64,000 nucleotides of DNA from Nitrospirota bacterium. GTDB taxonomy: Bacteria > Nitrospirota > UBA9217. Position numbers and translations under genes: made by a program. Location of the stretch: positions 1 to 64,000 of the forward strand of contig CAVUHW010000027.1 in the NCBI GenBank assembly GCA_963741205.1, in the 5' to 3' direction. Of this stretch, positions 27,255 through 38,784 are shown piece after piece; the first letter of the stretch is position 1, and each line of letters begins with the position of its first letter. The notes under the pieces are model-generated. The model saw only the letters and a list, made by a program, of their open reading frames with translations. It had not been told where the DNA came from and searched no databases.

Positions 27255-28743
27255 ATGGCTGAGACTGAGGCAAAGATACTGCTCGTCGACGACAATGCCG
27301 CAAACCTGCAGGTCCTGCGCGAGGCCCTTGATGGGCTCGGGTGCAAGATTCTGGTGGCCAAGAGCGGCGCGAGCGCGCTCGCGATCGTTGAAAAGGCCCT
27401 CCCGGACCTCATCCTCCTGGACATCATGATGCCGGAGATGGACGGCTACGAGGTCTGCCGCCGGCTGAAGGGCAATGATGCCACACGCCACATTCCGGTG
27501 CTCTTCCTGACCGCGCTCGGCGACCCCGAGGACGAGGCAAAGGGGCTTGCCCTCGGCGCTGTGGACTACATAACCAAACCGATCAACCCGGACCTCGTCC
27601 GCGCCCGTGTCCGGAACCATCTGGAGCTGAAGACGGTACCAGAACCGCCTGGAAGAATTGGTCCGTCAGCGGACGCGGGAGTTGCAGCTCACCCAGGCCG
27701 TGTTGATCGAGAGCCTCGGTACGCTAGCCGAATACCGGGACCCCGAGACCGGCGGACACATCAAGAGAACCCAGAACTATGTCAAGGCCCTTGCCGTAAA
27801 ACTCAAGGACCACCCGCGGTTCCGGGGCGAGCTCGATGACGCGACCATCGAGATGCTGTACCAGTCGGCTCCGCTCCACGATATCGGCAAAGTGGGTGTG
27901 CGCGACGACATCCTGCTCAAGAAAGGGCGGCTGAGCGACGAAGAGACCGCCATCATGAAGAAGCACACCGAGTTCGGGCATCAGGCGCTGCTGATCACCG
28001 AGCAAAAGCTCGGCAAGAGCACCTTCCTGCGCCACGCCAGGGAGGTCGCTTATTCGCATCAGGAAAAGTGGGACGGCTCCGGGTATCCGCGCGGGTCTCA
28101 AGGGGGACGAGATTCCCATCTCCGGCAGGCTGATGGCCGTGGCAGACGTCTATGACGCGCTGATCAGCAAGAGGAGTCTACAAGCCCCCCATGCCCCATG
28201 AGAAAGCGGTGCAGATCATCGCAGAGGGCAAAGGCAGCCATTTCGATCCCGATATGGTGGATGCGTTCCTGGAGCTGGAGGCGGTGTTCCGCAACATAGC
28301 CCTGACCTTCGCGGACTACGAGGAGGAACGGCAGGCGCTCGGAGGCGCGCAGGTCCGGGCAGAAGGAACCCTCGTCACGACGGCGCAAGGTCCTTCTCGC
28401 CGACGACAACCCGATCAACCTTGAGATCATGTCCAGCCAGCTGGCGTCACGCGGCTTTCTGGTCGATGTTGCATCCAACGGCAGGGAAGCACTCGAGCGC
28501 TACCGGACGGGCGGCTACGATCTTGTCCTGACGGACATCGAGATGCCGGAGATGGATGGCTATGCGCTTGCGGAAGAGATCAGACGCCTCGAGGCGGGTA
28601 CGAAACACCCGACGCTGGTCTTTGCCATAACCGCCAGCGATTTCGGCCTGAGCATGGAAAAGGCGCGTGCGCACGGTCTTAGCGGGTTTATGCTGAAACC
28701 TCTCGACCTCGACGTTCTTGAACGGAAGCTCGCCGACCTGTAA
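27255..28743 (+). CDS. REC-HD-GYP-REC cyclic-dinucleotide phosphodiesterase response regulator (several indels)
   Basis: N-terminal REC; EYRDPETGGHIKR, LHDIGKVG, HQEKWDGSGYP, ADVYDAL, GSHFDP; C-terminal REC (ADDN, TDIEMP, LKP). Confidence 0.88.
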
Positions 28744-28806
28744 TATCGCCGGGACGTTTGATCATTGCTGGAATGATCGGGAAGGGTGGGGTGCGGCGGG
28801 GTCCGG

Positions 28807-29529
28807 TCAGGGCTGTCCGCGCCCGGAGCGCCGCGTTTCCATCTCAAGGGTGACCAGCCGGGCGAGCAAGATCGCGGGATAGAGCTGGCCGATCAGCGCT
28901 TCGAGCATCACGAGGGATCGGACAAGCGGATGGACCGCGGTGATGTCGCCGAATCCGACGGTCGTCAGCGTTACGATGCTGAAATAGTAGAACGCCTCAC
29001 CGCTTGTGGACGCAGCGCGTGACCAGTCACGGGGCATGCTGAATGCGCCGGGCGCAAGCTCCTCGGTCAGGCTGTAGAGGAAGGCGAAGAGCATCGCGAT
29101 CAAGAGGTACAAGGCGATCGCTCCGCGGATCCTGTGGGCGGTCACCGGACCTTCCCGGGACATTTGCAGAAAGAGAACGTATACCAGCCCGGACAGGGAG
29201 ACAAAGGTGAAGAGCGTGTCTCCCACACTCAGCCAGGGGGCCTCTGAAACAATCGATGCAGACTTGAACAGGATGGCGCCGGCGACGGCGACAACCCAGA
29301 CCCAGCGAAGCACCTTCCGTCTCACCAACCCGAGGAGTCCAGCCAGCAATGCAAAGGCCAAAAAAAGAAACGAGATAATGGAAAAGGCGTGACTGATGAA
29401 TCTCACCGGGGTAAGGATGAAGAGGTGGAGCACCAGCAGAAGAAGCATGAACGTGAGGCTCCGCTCTTCGGTCCAGAAGTTCAGGAACCGGGAGAAAGGG
29501 TGTTTTGTATTATGGCGTTGTTCCTGCAT
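28807..29529 (-). CDS. Potassium channel family (Ion_trans_2) membrane protein
   Basis: YFSIVTLTTVGFGDI selectivity filter, GQLYPAILLARLV, several TM segments. Confidence 0.88.
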   Translation of the reverse strand: MQEQRHNTKHPFSRFLNFWTEERSLTFMLLLLVLHLFILTPVRFISHAFSIISFLFLAFALLAGLLGLVRRKVLRWVWVVAVAGAILFKSASIVSEAPWLSVGDTLFTFVSLSGLVYVLFLQMSREGPVTAHRIRGAIALYLLIAMLFAFLYSLTEELAPGAFSMPRDWSRAASTSGEAFYYFSIVTLTTVGFGDITAVHPLVRSLVMLEALIGQLYPAILLARLVTLEMETRRSGRGQP

Positions 29530-29589
29530 GACAGATATTCGCGCTCATCGGGGCGACAGATTCTCGTTCGGGAACGGCTGCATGGGTGT

Positions 29590-29618
29590 AGTGTAGCATC
29601 GGACGCTCATCCCGTCAA
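29590..29618 (-). promoter_or_regulatory. Sigma70-type promoter for the K+ channel gene
   Basis: Minus strand TTGACG-17 bp (ending ATGC)-TACACT. Confidence 0.65.
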
Positions 29619-29690
29619 TGTCTGCGGCGGGGCGACTGGTCGAATGGTACGAAGGGGGCATGTTCACGGCGGCCAGAAGGGCAGTCTTGA

Positions 29691-29719
29691 TTGACGGGGA
29701 TGTACCTTTATGCTACACT
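29691..29719 (+). promoter_or_regulatory. Sigma70-type promoter for the sigma54 activator gene
   Basis: TTGACG-17 bp (ending ATGC)-TACACT. Confidence 0.65.
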
Positions 29720-29899
29720 AAAACAAAGCCAGAGCGCGGCATTCCTGCTTGTTCTTCACGACGTTATGTAATAAAACTTCAAACGGTTTTCTGAAGGGAA
29801 ATCGACCTATCCATCGGCTGACGACGATTGTGGCAGTGGCGGGATTGTGACGGTTCAAGCGCAGAATCATGTCAACGGCCGCTTCGAAGGAATAAGGCA

Positions 29900-31888
29900 A
29901 TGAAACAAACGGAAGCATATCTGCGCAAGGAACTCGAAGCCCGGGCGCGCTTCGAAATGCTGCTGGCGGAAATTTCAGCGGGATTCATCAATATACCGGC
30001 CGACCGGGTCGATCATGCCATACAGGATGCCCAGCGCCGCGTCTGCGACAGCCTCGACATCGATCGCTCCACGCTCTGGCAAGTCTCCGAGAGGGAGCCA
30101 GGTGCGCTTCTGCTCACGCACATTCATCAGCCTCCGGAAAGCCCGCCGGTTACCATGCGGATGAATGCGGCGGATTTTTTCCCCTGGTCACTGTCGAAGA
30201 TCCTGGCAGATGAGGTTGTTGTTATTTCGAAGCTTTCGGACTTCCCGCCGGAAGCAGGCCGCGATCAAGGGTCTTTCCGCTCTTTCGGAACGAAATCCAC
30301 TTTGCTGATCCCGTTATCAGTATCAGGGAAAGTCATCGGCGCGCTGTCCTTTGCTGTTATGAAGAAGGAAAGGGACTGGCCGGAGATGATGATAAAACGG
30401 CTGCAGCTCCTGGCTCAAGTCTTCGCGAATGCGCTCGCCCGAAAACAGGCTGACGAGGCGTTGCGGCTGAGTGAGGAGCGGTTCAGGCAGGTGGCGGAGA
30501 ATGTCGGCGATTTCATCTGGGAGGTTGACGCGAACGGCCTCTACCGATATACGAGTCCGGCGGTCGAGAAGATCCTGGGCTACACTGCCGATGAGCTCGT
30601 TGGGAAGATGCATTTCTATGATCTCTTTGCCCCGGAAGTCCGTGAAGAACTGAAGGCAGCCGCTTTCAAAGTATTTGCTGAGAAGAAGTCGTTCAGGGCC
30701 TTCCCTAATGCGAGCATGAGCAAGGACGGCAAGACCGTGCATCTGGAAACCAGTGGTGTTCCGGTGCTGGACGAAGCCGGGAATCTTATCGGTTATCGCG
30801 GATCTGATGCAGACTTTACTGAGCGGAAAAAATCAGCGGAGGCCCTCCAGAACGCATTTTCCGAGATACAACAATTGAAAGAGCAGCTGGAAGTCGAGAA
30901 CATCTATCTTCGTGAAGACGTCACAAAAGCGCACAACTTTAACGAGATCATCGGTCAGAGCGACGGTCTGAGATATGTTCTCTACCGGGTGGAGCAAGTG
31001 GCCGGCACGGATGCAACGGTCCTTATCCTGGGTGAGACAGGGACGGGAAAGGAAGTGATCGCTCATGCCATCCATGGCCGGAGCTCGCGGAAAGATCGCC
31101 CCATGGTGACGGTCAACTGCGCGGCGCTTCCCGCCAATCTGATCGAGAGCGAGCTTTTTGGAAGGGAGAAAGGGGCCTTTACCGGATCGCATGCCCGACA
31201 GACGGGACGCTTTGAAGCGGCAGACAAGGGAACGATTTTTTTGGACGAGATCGGAGAATTGCCTCTTGAGTTACAGTCCAAGCTGCTGCGGGTGATCCAG
31301 GAGGGTGAATTTGAGCGGCTCGGGAGTCCCCATACAATCAAGGTGAATGTCCGTATTATTGCTTCTACCAGCCGCGACCTCAAGGAGGAGATCAAAAAGG
31401 GCGGTTTCCGTGAGGACCTCTATTACCGGTTGAATGTTTTCCCGCTGACCATTCCGCCATTGCGAAAACGGAGCGATGACATCCCTCTGCTGGTTGAATA
31501 TTTTGTGAAAAAGTTTTCCCGCAAGATGGGCAAGGAGATCAAGACCATTGCCAAAGAAACGACGAAGGCTCTTCAGGATTACTCCTGGCCGGGAAATGTG
31601 CGGGAACTTGAGCATGTCATTGAACGAGCGGTGATCATTACTCAAGGCCCTGTTCTTCACCTGGCTGAGAGGATCGATGGCGGCGAGGCCCATACTCCCA
31701 ATATCGATTCGCTCAGCATCAGTGATTTCGAGCGTGAGCATATTCTGAAGGTCATGGCAAAGACCGGCTGGCGCATTGAGGGAACTAAGGGTGCGGCCGC
31801 CCTCCTGGATATGAACCCGAGTACCTTGCGTTCGCGGATGCAAAAGCTCGGCATTTACCGTACTGACCGGAATGCTTCCACTAATTAA
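29900..31888 (+). CDS. Sigma54-dependent activator GAF-PAS-AAA+-HTH (FhlA-like)
   Basis: Walker [24 protein letters not shown], Walker [50 protein letters not shown]. Confidence 0.94.
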   Translation: MKQTEAYLRKELEARARFEMLLAEISAGFINIPADRVDHAIQDAQRRVCDSLDIDRSTLWQVSEREPGALLLTHIHQPPESPPVTMRMNAADFFPWSLSKILADEVVVISKLSDFPPEAGRDQGSFRSFGTKSTLLIPLSVSGKVIGALSFAVMKKERDWPEMMIKRLQLLAQVFANALARKQADEALRLSEERFRQVAENVGDFIWEVDANGLYRYTSPAVEKILGYTADELVGKMHFYDLFAPEVREELKAAAFKVFAEKKSFRAFPNASMSKDGKTVHLETSGVPVLDEAGNLIGYRGSDADFTERKKSAEALQNAFSEIQQLKEQLEVENIYLREDVTKAHNFNEIIGQSDGLRYVLYRVEQVAGTDATVLILGETGTGKEVIAHAIHGRSSRKDRPMVTVNCAALPANLIESELFGREKGAFTGSHARQTGRFEAADKGTIFLDEIGELPLELQSKLLRVIQEGEFERLGSPHTIKVNVRIIASTSRDLKEEIKKGGFREDLYYRLNVFPLTIPPLRKRSDDIPLLVEYFVKKFSRKMGKEIKTIAKETTKALQDYSWPGNVRELEHVIERAVIITQGPVLHLAERIDGGEAHTPNIDSLSISDFEREHILKVMAKTGWRIEGTKGAAALLDMNPSTLRSRMQKLGIYRTDRNASTN

Positions 31889-31912
31889 TACTTTCTTATT
31901 CTTGTCCCTTCA

Positions 31913-31947
31913 CCTCGAAATATCGTGGCTGCCGTGAAATATAGTAG
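31913..31947. promoter_or_regulatory. Candidate tandem enhancer (UAS) for the sigma54 activator
   Basis: Imperfect palindrome CCTCGAAATATCGTGG plus the related CCGTGAAATATAGTAG 19 bp later, about 100-130 bp upstream of -24; identical in the second copy. Confidence 0.7.
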
Positions 31948-32004
31948 TGGCAAGAAACGCTAATTTACTCATCCAGCGTAGTTCCCTTCGCCAGTTTAAC
32001 TCAA

Positions 32005-32017
32005 TTTCAAAGACTTA
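32005..32017 (+). promoter_or_regulatory. IHF-like site
   Basis: TTTCAAAGACTTA against WATCAAnnnnTTR (1 mismatch); lies between UAS and promoter; conserved at 63123-63135. Confidence 0.55.
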
Positions 32018-32043
32018 TGTGGGCTGGATCTGGTCGACGGTCC

Positions 32044-32059
32044 AGGCACGAAATTTGAT
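32044..32059 (+). promoter_or_regulatory. Sigma54 -24/-12 promoter
   Basis: AGGCACGAAATTTGAT (GGCAC-N5-TTGA variant of TGGCAC-N5-TTGC); conserved at 63161-63176. Confidence 0.7.
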
Positions 32060-32163
32060 ATGTATCCTGATGTGTTTTTTCGTTGCCTTGTTTCGTACCA
32101 CCCCGGTTGTTTAATCCAGAGATAAACGTGCAACAGTGGACTACCCCTCTTAAGGAGCGCGTC

Positions 32164-32488
32164 ATGATTATCGCAACGATCAGAATGACTGGTGCCTCAG
32201 GAAAAGCGTCAGGAGATACTGCAGACGGTCAGCGCGCTCACCGGAATGGCGCGAAAAGAGCGGGGGTGCCATGCCTGCGATGTGTATATTGACACGGAGA
32301 ACTCCGATGCATTCCTGGTGATGGAAGAATGGGATTCCCAGGAGGACTTCGACCGCCATGTCCGCGCCTCCACCTTCAGCGCGTTGCTCGGGGCGTTGAC
32401 GCTCCTGAAAGAGCGGCCGGATGTCCGGATCAACGCGGTTGCGGAAACGGCCGGCATGGAGAAGATCAAGGCCCTCCGGGCGGCATGA
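32164..32488 (+). CDS. ABM-domain (putative quinol monooxygenase-like) small protein, copy 1 (one extra base near 32189)
   Basis: RBS aaggag; ARKERGC, VYIDTENSDAFLVMEEWDSQEDFDRH; near-identical to the intact copy at 63255-63578. Confidence 0.82.
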
Positions 32489-32614
32489 TCGGTGAAGATC
32501 GAATGTCGCGGGCAATTCCCGGCAGGTCATGGGATTCCGCTCTTATGATAGAATTCAAAGTTAGATGAAAGATGCTAAAGTTTAACAATATCAATTGCGA
32601 AAAGGCGGTGTTTT

Positions 32615-35116
32615 ATGAAAAGAAAGACGGAAGAGGCCAGTTCTTCAACATCCGCTGTAAATAACGATAGAACGAGGACCGGGACCACGGTCGCCGCGAT
32701 CAAACAAGCGATCATTGACAACCTGCATTATGTCCAGGGAAGGACCCCCGAACTTGCTTCCCGGAACGACTGGTATATGGCCGTAGCGTTTACGGTGCGG
32801 GACCGCATGCTCGACAACTTTATCCGCTCGATCAAGCGGCTTACTGACCCGAAGGTCAAGATCGCCAGCTATCTGTCGGCGGAGTTCCTGATGGGACCGC
32901 ATCTCGGGAACAACCTCCTGTGCCTGGGCATCACGGACCAGGTCCGGGAAGCGGTGCAGAAACTCGGCCAGGACTTGGACGCATCTGATCGAACAGGAGG
33001 AGGAACCCGGGCTCGGTAACGGCGGACTTGGAAGACTTGCCGCCTGCTACATGGATTCCCTCGCTTCGTTGAACGTGCCGGCGATCGGATACGGCATACG
33101 ATACGAGTTCGGCATCTTTGATCAGGAGATCCGCGACGGCTGGCAGACTGAGAAGACCGACAAGTGGCTTCGCCTGGGGAACCCCTGGGAACTCTGCCGG
33201 CCCGAGATCTCCTACATGGTTAATTTCGGCGGTCATACGGAGCAGTATCAAGACGACGAAGGACGTTTCAGGGTCCGGTGGGTCCCGAACCGCGTCGTCA
33301 AGGGCATCGCCTATGACACGCCGGTCCCTGCCTACCAGGACGATACCGTGGATATGCTCAGGCTCTGGAAGTCTGAGGCCGTCGAATCCTTCGACTTCGA
33401 GGCATTCAATGTCGGCGACTATTACAAGGCCGTAAATGCGAAGGTCGTTTCCGAGACGGTGAGCAAGGTCCTCTACCCGAACGACGAGCCCGAGATCGGA
33501 AAGACCCTCCGCCTCGCACAGCAGTATTTCTTCGTCTCCTGCTCCCTGCAGGACATGATCAATATCCAGCGCCTGCGCGGAAAGAGTCTGGATACATTTC
33601 ACGAGAGCTTCGCCGTTCAGCTGAACGATACCCATCCCTCCATTGCCGTCGCGGAACTGATGCGTCTCCTGGTGGACGAGCATCTGATGGACTGGGACAA
33701 GGCCTGGACGATAACCCAAAAGACCATGGCCTACACCAACCATACGCTTCTGCCCGAGGCCCTGGAAAAATGGCCGCTCCCGCTCTTCAGCCGCTCTCTT
33801 CCCCGGCACACGGAGATCATCTATGAGATCAACAGGAGATTCCTCGACGAGGTCCGTAAACGATATCCCGGTGATGACGGCAGGATCGCGCGGCTGTCTC
33901 TTATCGACGAAAGCGGGGAGAAGTACGTCCGTATGGCCCATCTTGCCTCTGTGGGAAGCCACCATATCAATGGCGTGGCGGCCCTGCACTCCGACCTTCT
34001 GACGAAGACCGTTCTGAAAGATCTGTACGACCTCTATCCCGAACGGTTCATGAACGTGACGAACGGCGTGACCCCGAGGCGCTGGGTGGCCTTGAGCAAC
34101 CCGGGGCTCTCCGCGCTCATCACCAGGACCATCGGCGACAAATGGATCAAGCATTTCGAGGACGAGATCAGGAAGATCGAGCGCTTTGTCAAGGACCGCG
34201 GCTTCCGGGAAGAGTGGGCGAAGATCAAGCGGGGCAACAAGGAGAGGCTTGCCGCCATGATAAAAGAGAGGACCGGTATCGCGATCGATCCTGATTCGCT
34301 CTTCGACGTCCAGGTAAAGCGGATTCATGAATACAAGCGGCAGCACCTGAACGTCTTCCATATCATCACCCTGTACAACCGGATCAAGAAAAATCCGAGA
34401 ATGGACTTCGTCCCGCGGACGTTCATTTTCGGCGGCAAGGCAGCGCCTGGCTACTTCATGGCGAAGCTGATCATCAAGCTGATCAATTCCGTTGCCGAGG
34501 TTGTGAACAACGATCCCGACGTTGCAGGACGCTTGAAGGTCGTCTTCTTCCCCGACTTCAATGTGAAGAATGGTCACCATGTATACCCTGCGGCCGATCT
34601 CTCTGAGCAGATATCCACGGCAGGAAAAGAGGCCTCGGGTACGGGGAACATGAAGTTCTCGATGAATGGCGCACTCACCATCGGCACCCTGGACGGCGCG
34701 AATGTCGAGATCCGTGAGGAGGTGGGCTCCGAGAACTTCTTCCTCTTCGGACTTACCGCGGAGGAAGTGCAGGACCTCAAGGCAAAAGGTTATGCCCCCC
34801 GGAGCTTCTATGAGTCGAATACCGGCCTCAGGGAGGCCATCGATCAGATCCGGTCGGGTCATTTTTCGCAGGGAAACGGGGACCTCTTCGCGCCCCTGGT
34901 CGATAATCTTCTGAACCACGACCCATTCCTGCTTCTGGCCGACTACCAGTCCTATATCGATTGTCAGGACCGCGTGGCTGCGGCGTATATGATCAGGAGC
35001 GCTGGGTCAGCATGTCGATCCTGAATGTCGCCCGCATGGGGAAATTCTCCTCCGACCGCTCCATGCGGGAGTACTGCACGAAGATCTGGGATGTGAAGCC
35101 GCTGAAGAAATGGTGA
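32615..35116 (+). CDS. glgP: Glycogen/starch phosphorylase (indels near 32980 and 34990)
   Basis: YLSAEFLMG, PGLGNGGLGRLAAC, QLNDTHP, KRIHEYKRQ, EASGTGNMK (PLP lysine), GKFSSDRS. Confidence 0.95.
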
Positions 35117-35243
35117 GTATCTATTGAAAAGGAATTGTGGGAGTAACCACGGGCGACTTCCCCGTATAGAACCGTTACGGGGCAGGCTTGCACACGGTAG
35201 AACCGACTTCTTAATTCTGGTTTTGATCCAATCCGTGTCGATC

Positions 35244-35286
35244 TGCCTGCACCCAGCGGTACGAGTGGCAACGCGAGTGCAGGGTG
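35244..35286 (-). repeat. 43-bp hairpin element, inverted copy of 46895-46938
   Basis: tgcctgcacccagcggtacgagtggcaacgcgagtgcagggtg against the reverse complement of 46895-46938, tgcctgcacccagcgcttacgagtggaaccgcgagtgcagggtg. Confidence 0.85.
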
Positions 35287-35363
35287 TGTGTTCTGCCTCC
35301 GTCCCGCATCTATTAGCATCTGACACGGAGCGGGGGAAGCAGAACCTGTGGTTTCAGAGTCTT

Positions 35364-35423
35364 ATGAAGGTGTTGGTCGTCGACATCGGCGGGAACAGCG
35401 TCGGTGTCATCGGAGGTAACTGA
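35364..35423 (+). pseudogene. N-terminal relic of a ROK/polyphosphate glucokinase gene
   Basis: MKVLVVDIGGNSVGVI against MKILVIDIGGNSVKVI at 38785. Confidence 0.75.
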
Positions 35424-35424
35424 C

Positions 35425-36928
35425 ATGATGAAGCAACGGCTCCCGAAGGTCCTCTCCAATCCGGTCTCGCTCATCGGCCTGGTCATAGCCGTATTCAATA
35501 CCGGCTTCATCGTCTTCCTGTCAATTGTAGAGGCGTTCTCAAGCCGCGCACACCCCTATGCGGACCTTCTCATCTGGCTCGTTCTGCCGGGGCTGGTTTT
35601 TATCGGGTTGATTCTCATCATCATCGGGATCAAGCGCGAACGGCGGAAAGAACAAACAGGCGAACCGGAAGAACATCGCCTGCCGTCCATTGACTTCAAC
35701 GATCCCGTACAGCGCAAGACCGCTGTCGCAGTGCTGACAGTTTTCCTGCTGCTGTCGCTTCTTTATGCATTTGCAGGATATAAGACCTACGAGTTCACCG
35801 AATCCGACACATTCTGTGCACGATGTGCCATCCGGTCCATACTGCGGAGGACCATTCCCATTCTTACTCGGTCCATGCCGAGATATCCTGCGCCGACTGC
35901 CACGTGGGGTCGGGCGCGAAGTATTTCCTGCTGTACAAGCTGAAAGGGACACGCCAGCTTATTGATCTCCTGACCGGACGCTATCCGAGGCCAATCCCAA
36001 CGCCCGTTGTGGACCTCCGGCCGTCCCAGGACGTTTGCGAGCACTGCCACGGTCCTAAGTATCAGATCAACCAGAAGCTGGAAAGCAGGACCTATTTTCT
36101 CGCCGACAAGCAGAATACCCGGAAGACGATCAACCTGCTGCTATGGATGGGCAGGACGGAGTTATGCCTGACCGGCCGCCGAAGATGCACTGGCATTCCA
36201 GCACCACCGAAGAGATACTCTATGTCGCGACTGATCCAAACGGTCCGTAATTCCCTGGATCAAGGTCAAGCGTCTCGACGGGAAGGAACGCATTTATCGA
36301 ATAACCGGAGCGGAGATGTCAGATGACGGTGGCAACAAGGCCGGCACGCGTCAGATGGATTGTGTTGACTGCCATAACCGGTCGGGCCATCCCTACAATC
36401 CGCCCGATGTCATCGTAAACGCTTTGCTTGGCCTTAGGCTCGTCGATCCCGAACTGCCTGAGATCAAAAGCGTCGCCGTCAAGGCGCTCGATGCTGAGTA
36501 CGCGTCCCGCGAAGAGGCAATGATGGGCATCAACTCGTCAATAAGGGATTTTTATAAGAAGACCTATTCTGCATGGTCCCCGGAGATAGAGAAAACCGTT
36601 GCTCACAGCGATTACGGCTCTCCAGCGGTCTTATGACAGGAACTACGACCCGCACATGAAGGTCAGCTGGAAGAACTTTCCGAACAACCAGGGCCACCTG
36701 TTCTCCCCCGGATGTTTCCGCTGTCACGACGGCAAGCACCGGAGCGAGGACGGGACCGTGCTGTCCCGGGACTGCAGCCTCTGCCATCTTCTGATCGAGC
36801 GGGCCGGACCGGGCAGTACGGCTGCAGAGCAGGCCGTGTTCCGGGTGATGCGGAACCCTCATCCTACGGACATCGGAGATGCCTGGAAGCAGATGCTCTG
36901 CCACGAATGTCACGGACCCGCGCAATGA
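35425..36928 (+). CDS. Membrane-anchored multiheme cytochrome c with NapC/NirT-like N-terminus, about 7 hemes (several indels)
   Basis: Three N-terminal TM segments; YEFTESDTFC..MCH (probably CX3CH), CADCH, CEHCH, MHWH, CVDCH, CFRCH, CSLCH, CHECH. Confidence 0.85.
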
Positions 36929-36983
36929 CCGGCGGGTCTGATCGCGAGCTGTTCATTCCTTCAGAAGGTCGAGGTAAGAATAT

Positions 36984-38626
36984 ATGGCGATATCACCTTT
37001 AGCAGGCAAACCCGCCCCCAAAGAGCTGCTCGTGGACCTGGCGCGGCTCGAAAGGGAATACTTCGATCGCAAGCCCGACGTGAGCGATCCCCAGCAGCTG
37101 GTCTCGTTCGGCACCAGCGGACACCGGGGCTCATCGCTGAACGGGACATTCACGGAGGCCCATATCCTTGCCACCACCCAGGCCATCTGCGACTACCGCC
37201 AGGGCAAAGGCGTCGACGGACCGCTGTTTATTGGCAAGGACACGCATGCCGTATCCGGTCCAGCCCAGCGCACGGCGCTCGAGGTCCTGGCGGCCAACGG
37301 GGTCGAAACGATGGTCCAGCAGGACGACGGTTTTACTCCCACACCGGCCGTATCCCATGCCATCCTGACCTACAACCGGAACCGGAGCAAAGGGCTGGCC
37401 GACGGCATCGTTGTTACACCGTCGCACAATCCGCCCGAGCGACGGCGGCTTCAAGTACAATCCGACCAACGGCGGTCCGGCTGACACGGATGTAACGAAG
37501 TGGATCCAGAACCGCGCCAATGAGCTGCTGCGCGCCGGGAACCGCGGGATCAAAAGGGTCGCCTACGAAGCCGCCTTAAAGGCTGCGACGACACATCCCC
37601 ATGATTTCGTGATGCCCTATGTCAGGGACCTGGCGAATGTCATCGACATGGACGTGATCCGGTCGGCGCGAATCAGGATCGGGGTCGATCCGCTCGGCGG
37701 TGCATCGGTACAGTACTGGGGACCGATCAAGGATGTCTACGGCATCGATATCACGGTCGTCAATTCGACCGTGGACCCGACGTTCAGCTTTATGACGGTC
37801 GATCATGACGGGAAGATCCGCATGGATTGTTCGAGCCCGTATGCCATGGCAGGGCTGGTGGGATTGAAGGACCGCTATGGTATCGCGTTCGCGAATGACA
37901 CCGATGCTGACCGGCACGGCATCGTGACCCCTTCGATGGGACTCATGAATCCGAACCATTACCTTGCCGTGGCGATCAACTACCTCCTTGCTCACCGGCC
38001 GGGATGGCCGAAGGCCGCTGCTGTGGGCAAGACCCTTGTCAGCAGCAGCCTCATCGACCGCGTCGTGGCGTCGCTCGGCTCGGACATTGTCCGAAGTGCC
38101 GGTCGGGTTCAAGTGGTTCGTTCAGGGACTGTTCGACGGAACCTGCTGCTTCGGCGGCGAAGAGAGCGCTGGAGCGAGCTTTCTGCGCCGGGACGGCAGT
38201 GTGTGGACCACGGACAAGGACGGAATGATCCTGAACCTGCTCGCCGCAGAGATCACCGCCCGTACCGGCAAGGACCCGGGAGAGCTTTACCGGGAGCTGA
38301 CGACAAAATTCGGCGCTCCGTGCTACACCCGCATCGACGCAGCGGCAACGCCTGAGCAGAAGGCAAAGTTGCAGAAGCTCTCGCCGGAAGCCGTCACGGC
38401 GAAAGAGCTTGCAGGAGAATCAATCACCGCGAGGCTCACCAGGGCGCCGGGCAACAACGCCGAGATCGGCGGCCTGAAGATCACCACTGCAAGCGGCTGG
38501 TTCGCTGCCCGTCCGTCGGGCACGGAGAACATCTACAAGATCTACGCGGAGAGTTTCCGGAACGAGCAGCACCTGCAGGCGATCGTGTCCGAGGCACAGC
38601 GGATCGTGGACAATGCCCTGGCCTAA
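36984..38626 (+). CDS. pgm: Phosphoglucomutase (indels near 37440 and 38082)
   Basis: [51 protein letters not shown]. Confidence 0.95.
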
Positions 38627-38654
38627 TGATCATAAAGTGGACACGCAAACAAGC

Positions 38655-38729
38655 CGTCATTCCGGGCCTGACCCGGAATCCAGAGGTTCTATTCAATTTA
38701 TCTGGATTCCCGCTTTCGCGGGAATGACG
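38655..38729. repeat. GTCATTCC..GGAATGAC REP-like composite palindrome, copy A
   Basis: cgtcattccgggcctgacccggaatccag..ctggattcccgctttcgcgggaatgacg. Confidence 0.85.
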
Positions 38730-38784
38730 AACGTGGACACAGTTGTCCATTGCTCGTGTAAATATTAAAGTAAGTGGATAATCC

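Larger units (their letters stand above)
31838..32488 (+). repeat. Copy 1 of a ~0.63 kb direct repeat (activator 3' end + sigma54 promoter region + ABM gene)
   Basis: Colinear with 62958-63578; the 42-bp block 31907-31948 is identical to 63027-63068. Confidence 0.9.

Noticed and set aside
31170-31190. GAFTGS instead of GAFTGA as a sign of a sigma54-independent activator
   Set aside because: The critical F and T residues are intact and a -24/-12 element lies directly downstream.
32931-34919. Long antisense ORFs (also 61169-62836, 43465-44778, 53885-55126 and others)
   Set aside because: These are shadow ORFs opposite well-identified high-GC genes, with no recognisable motifs.
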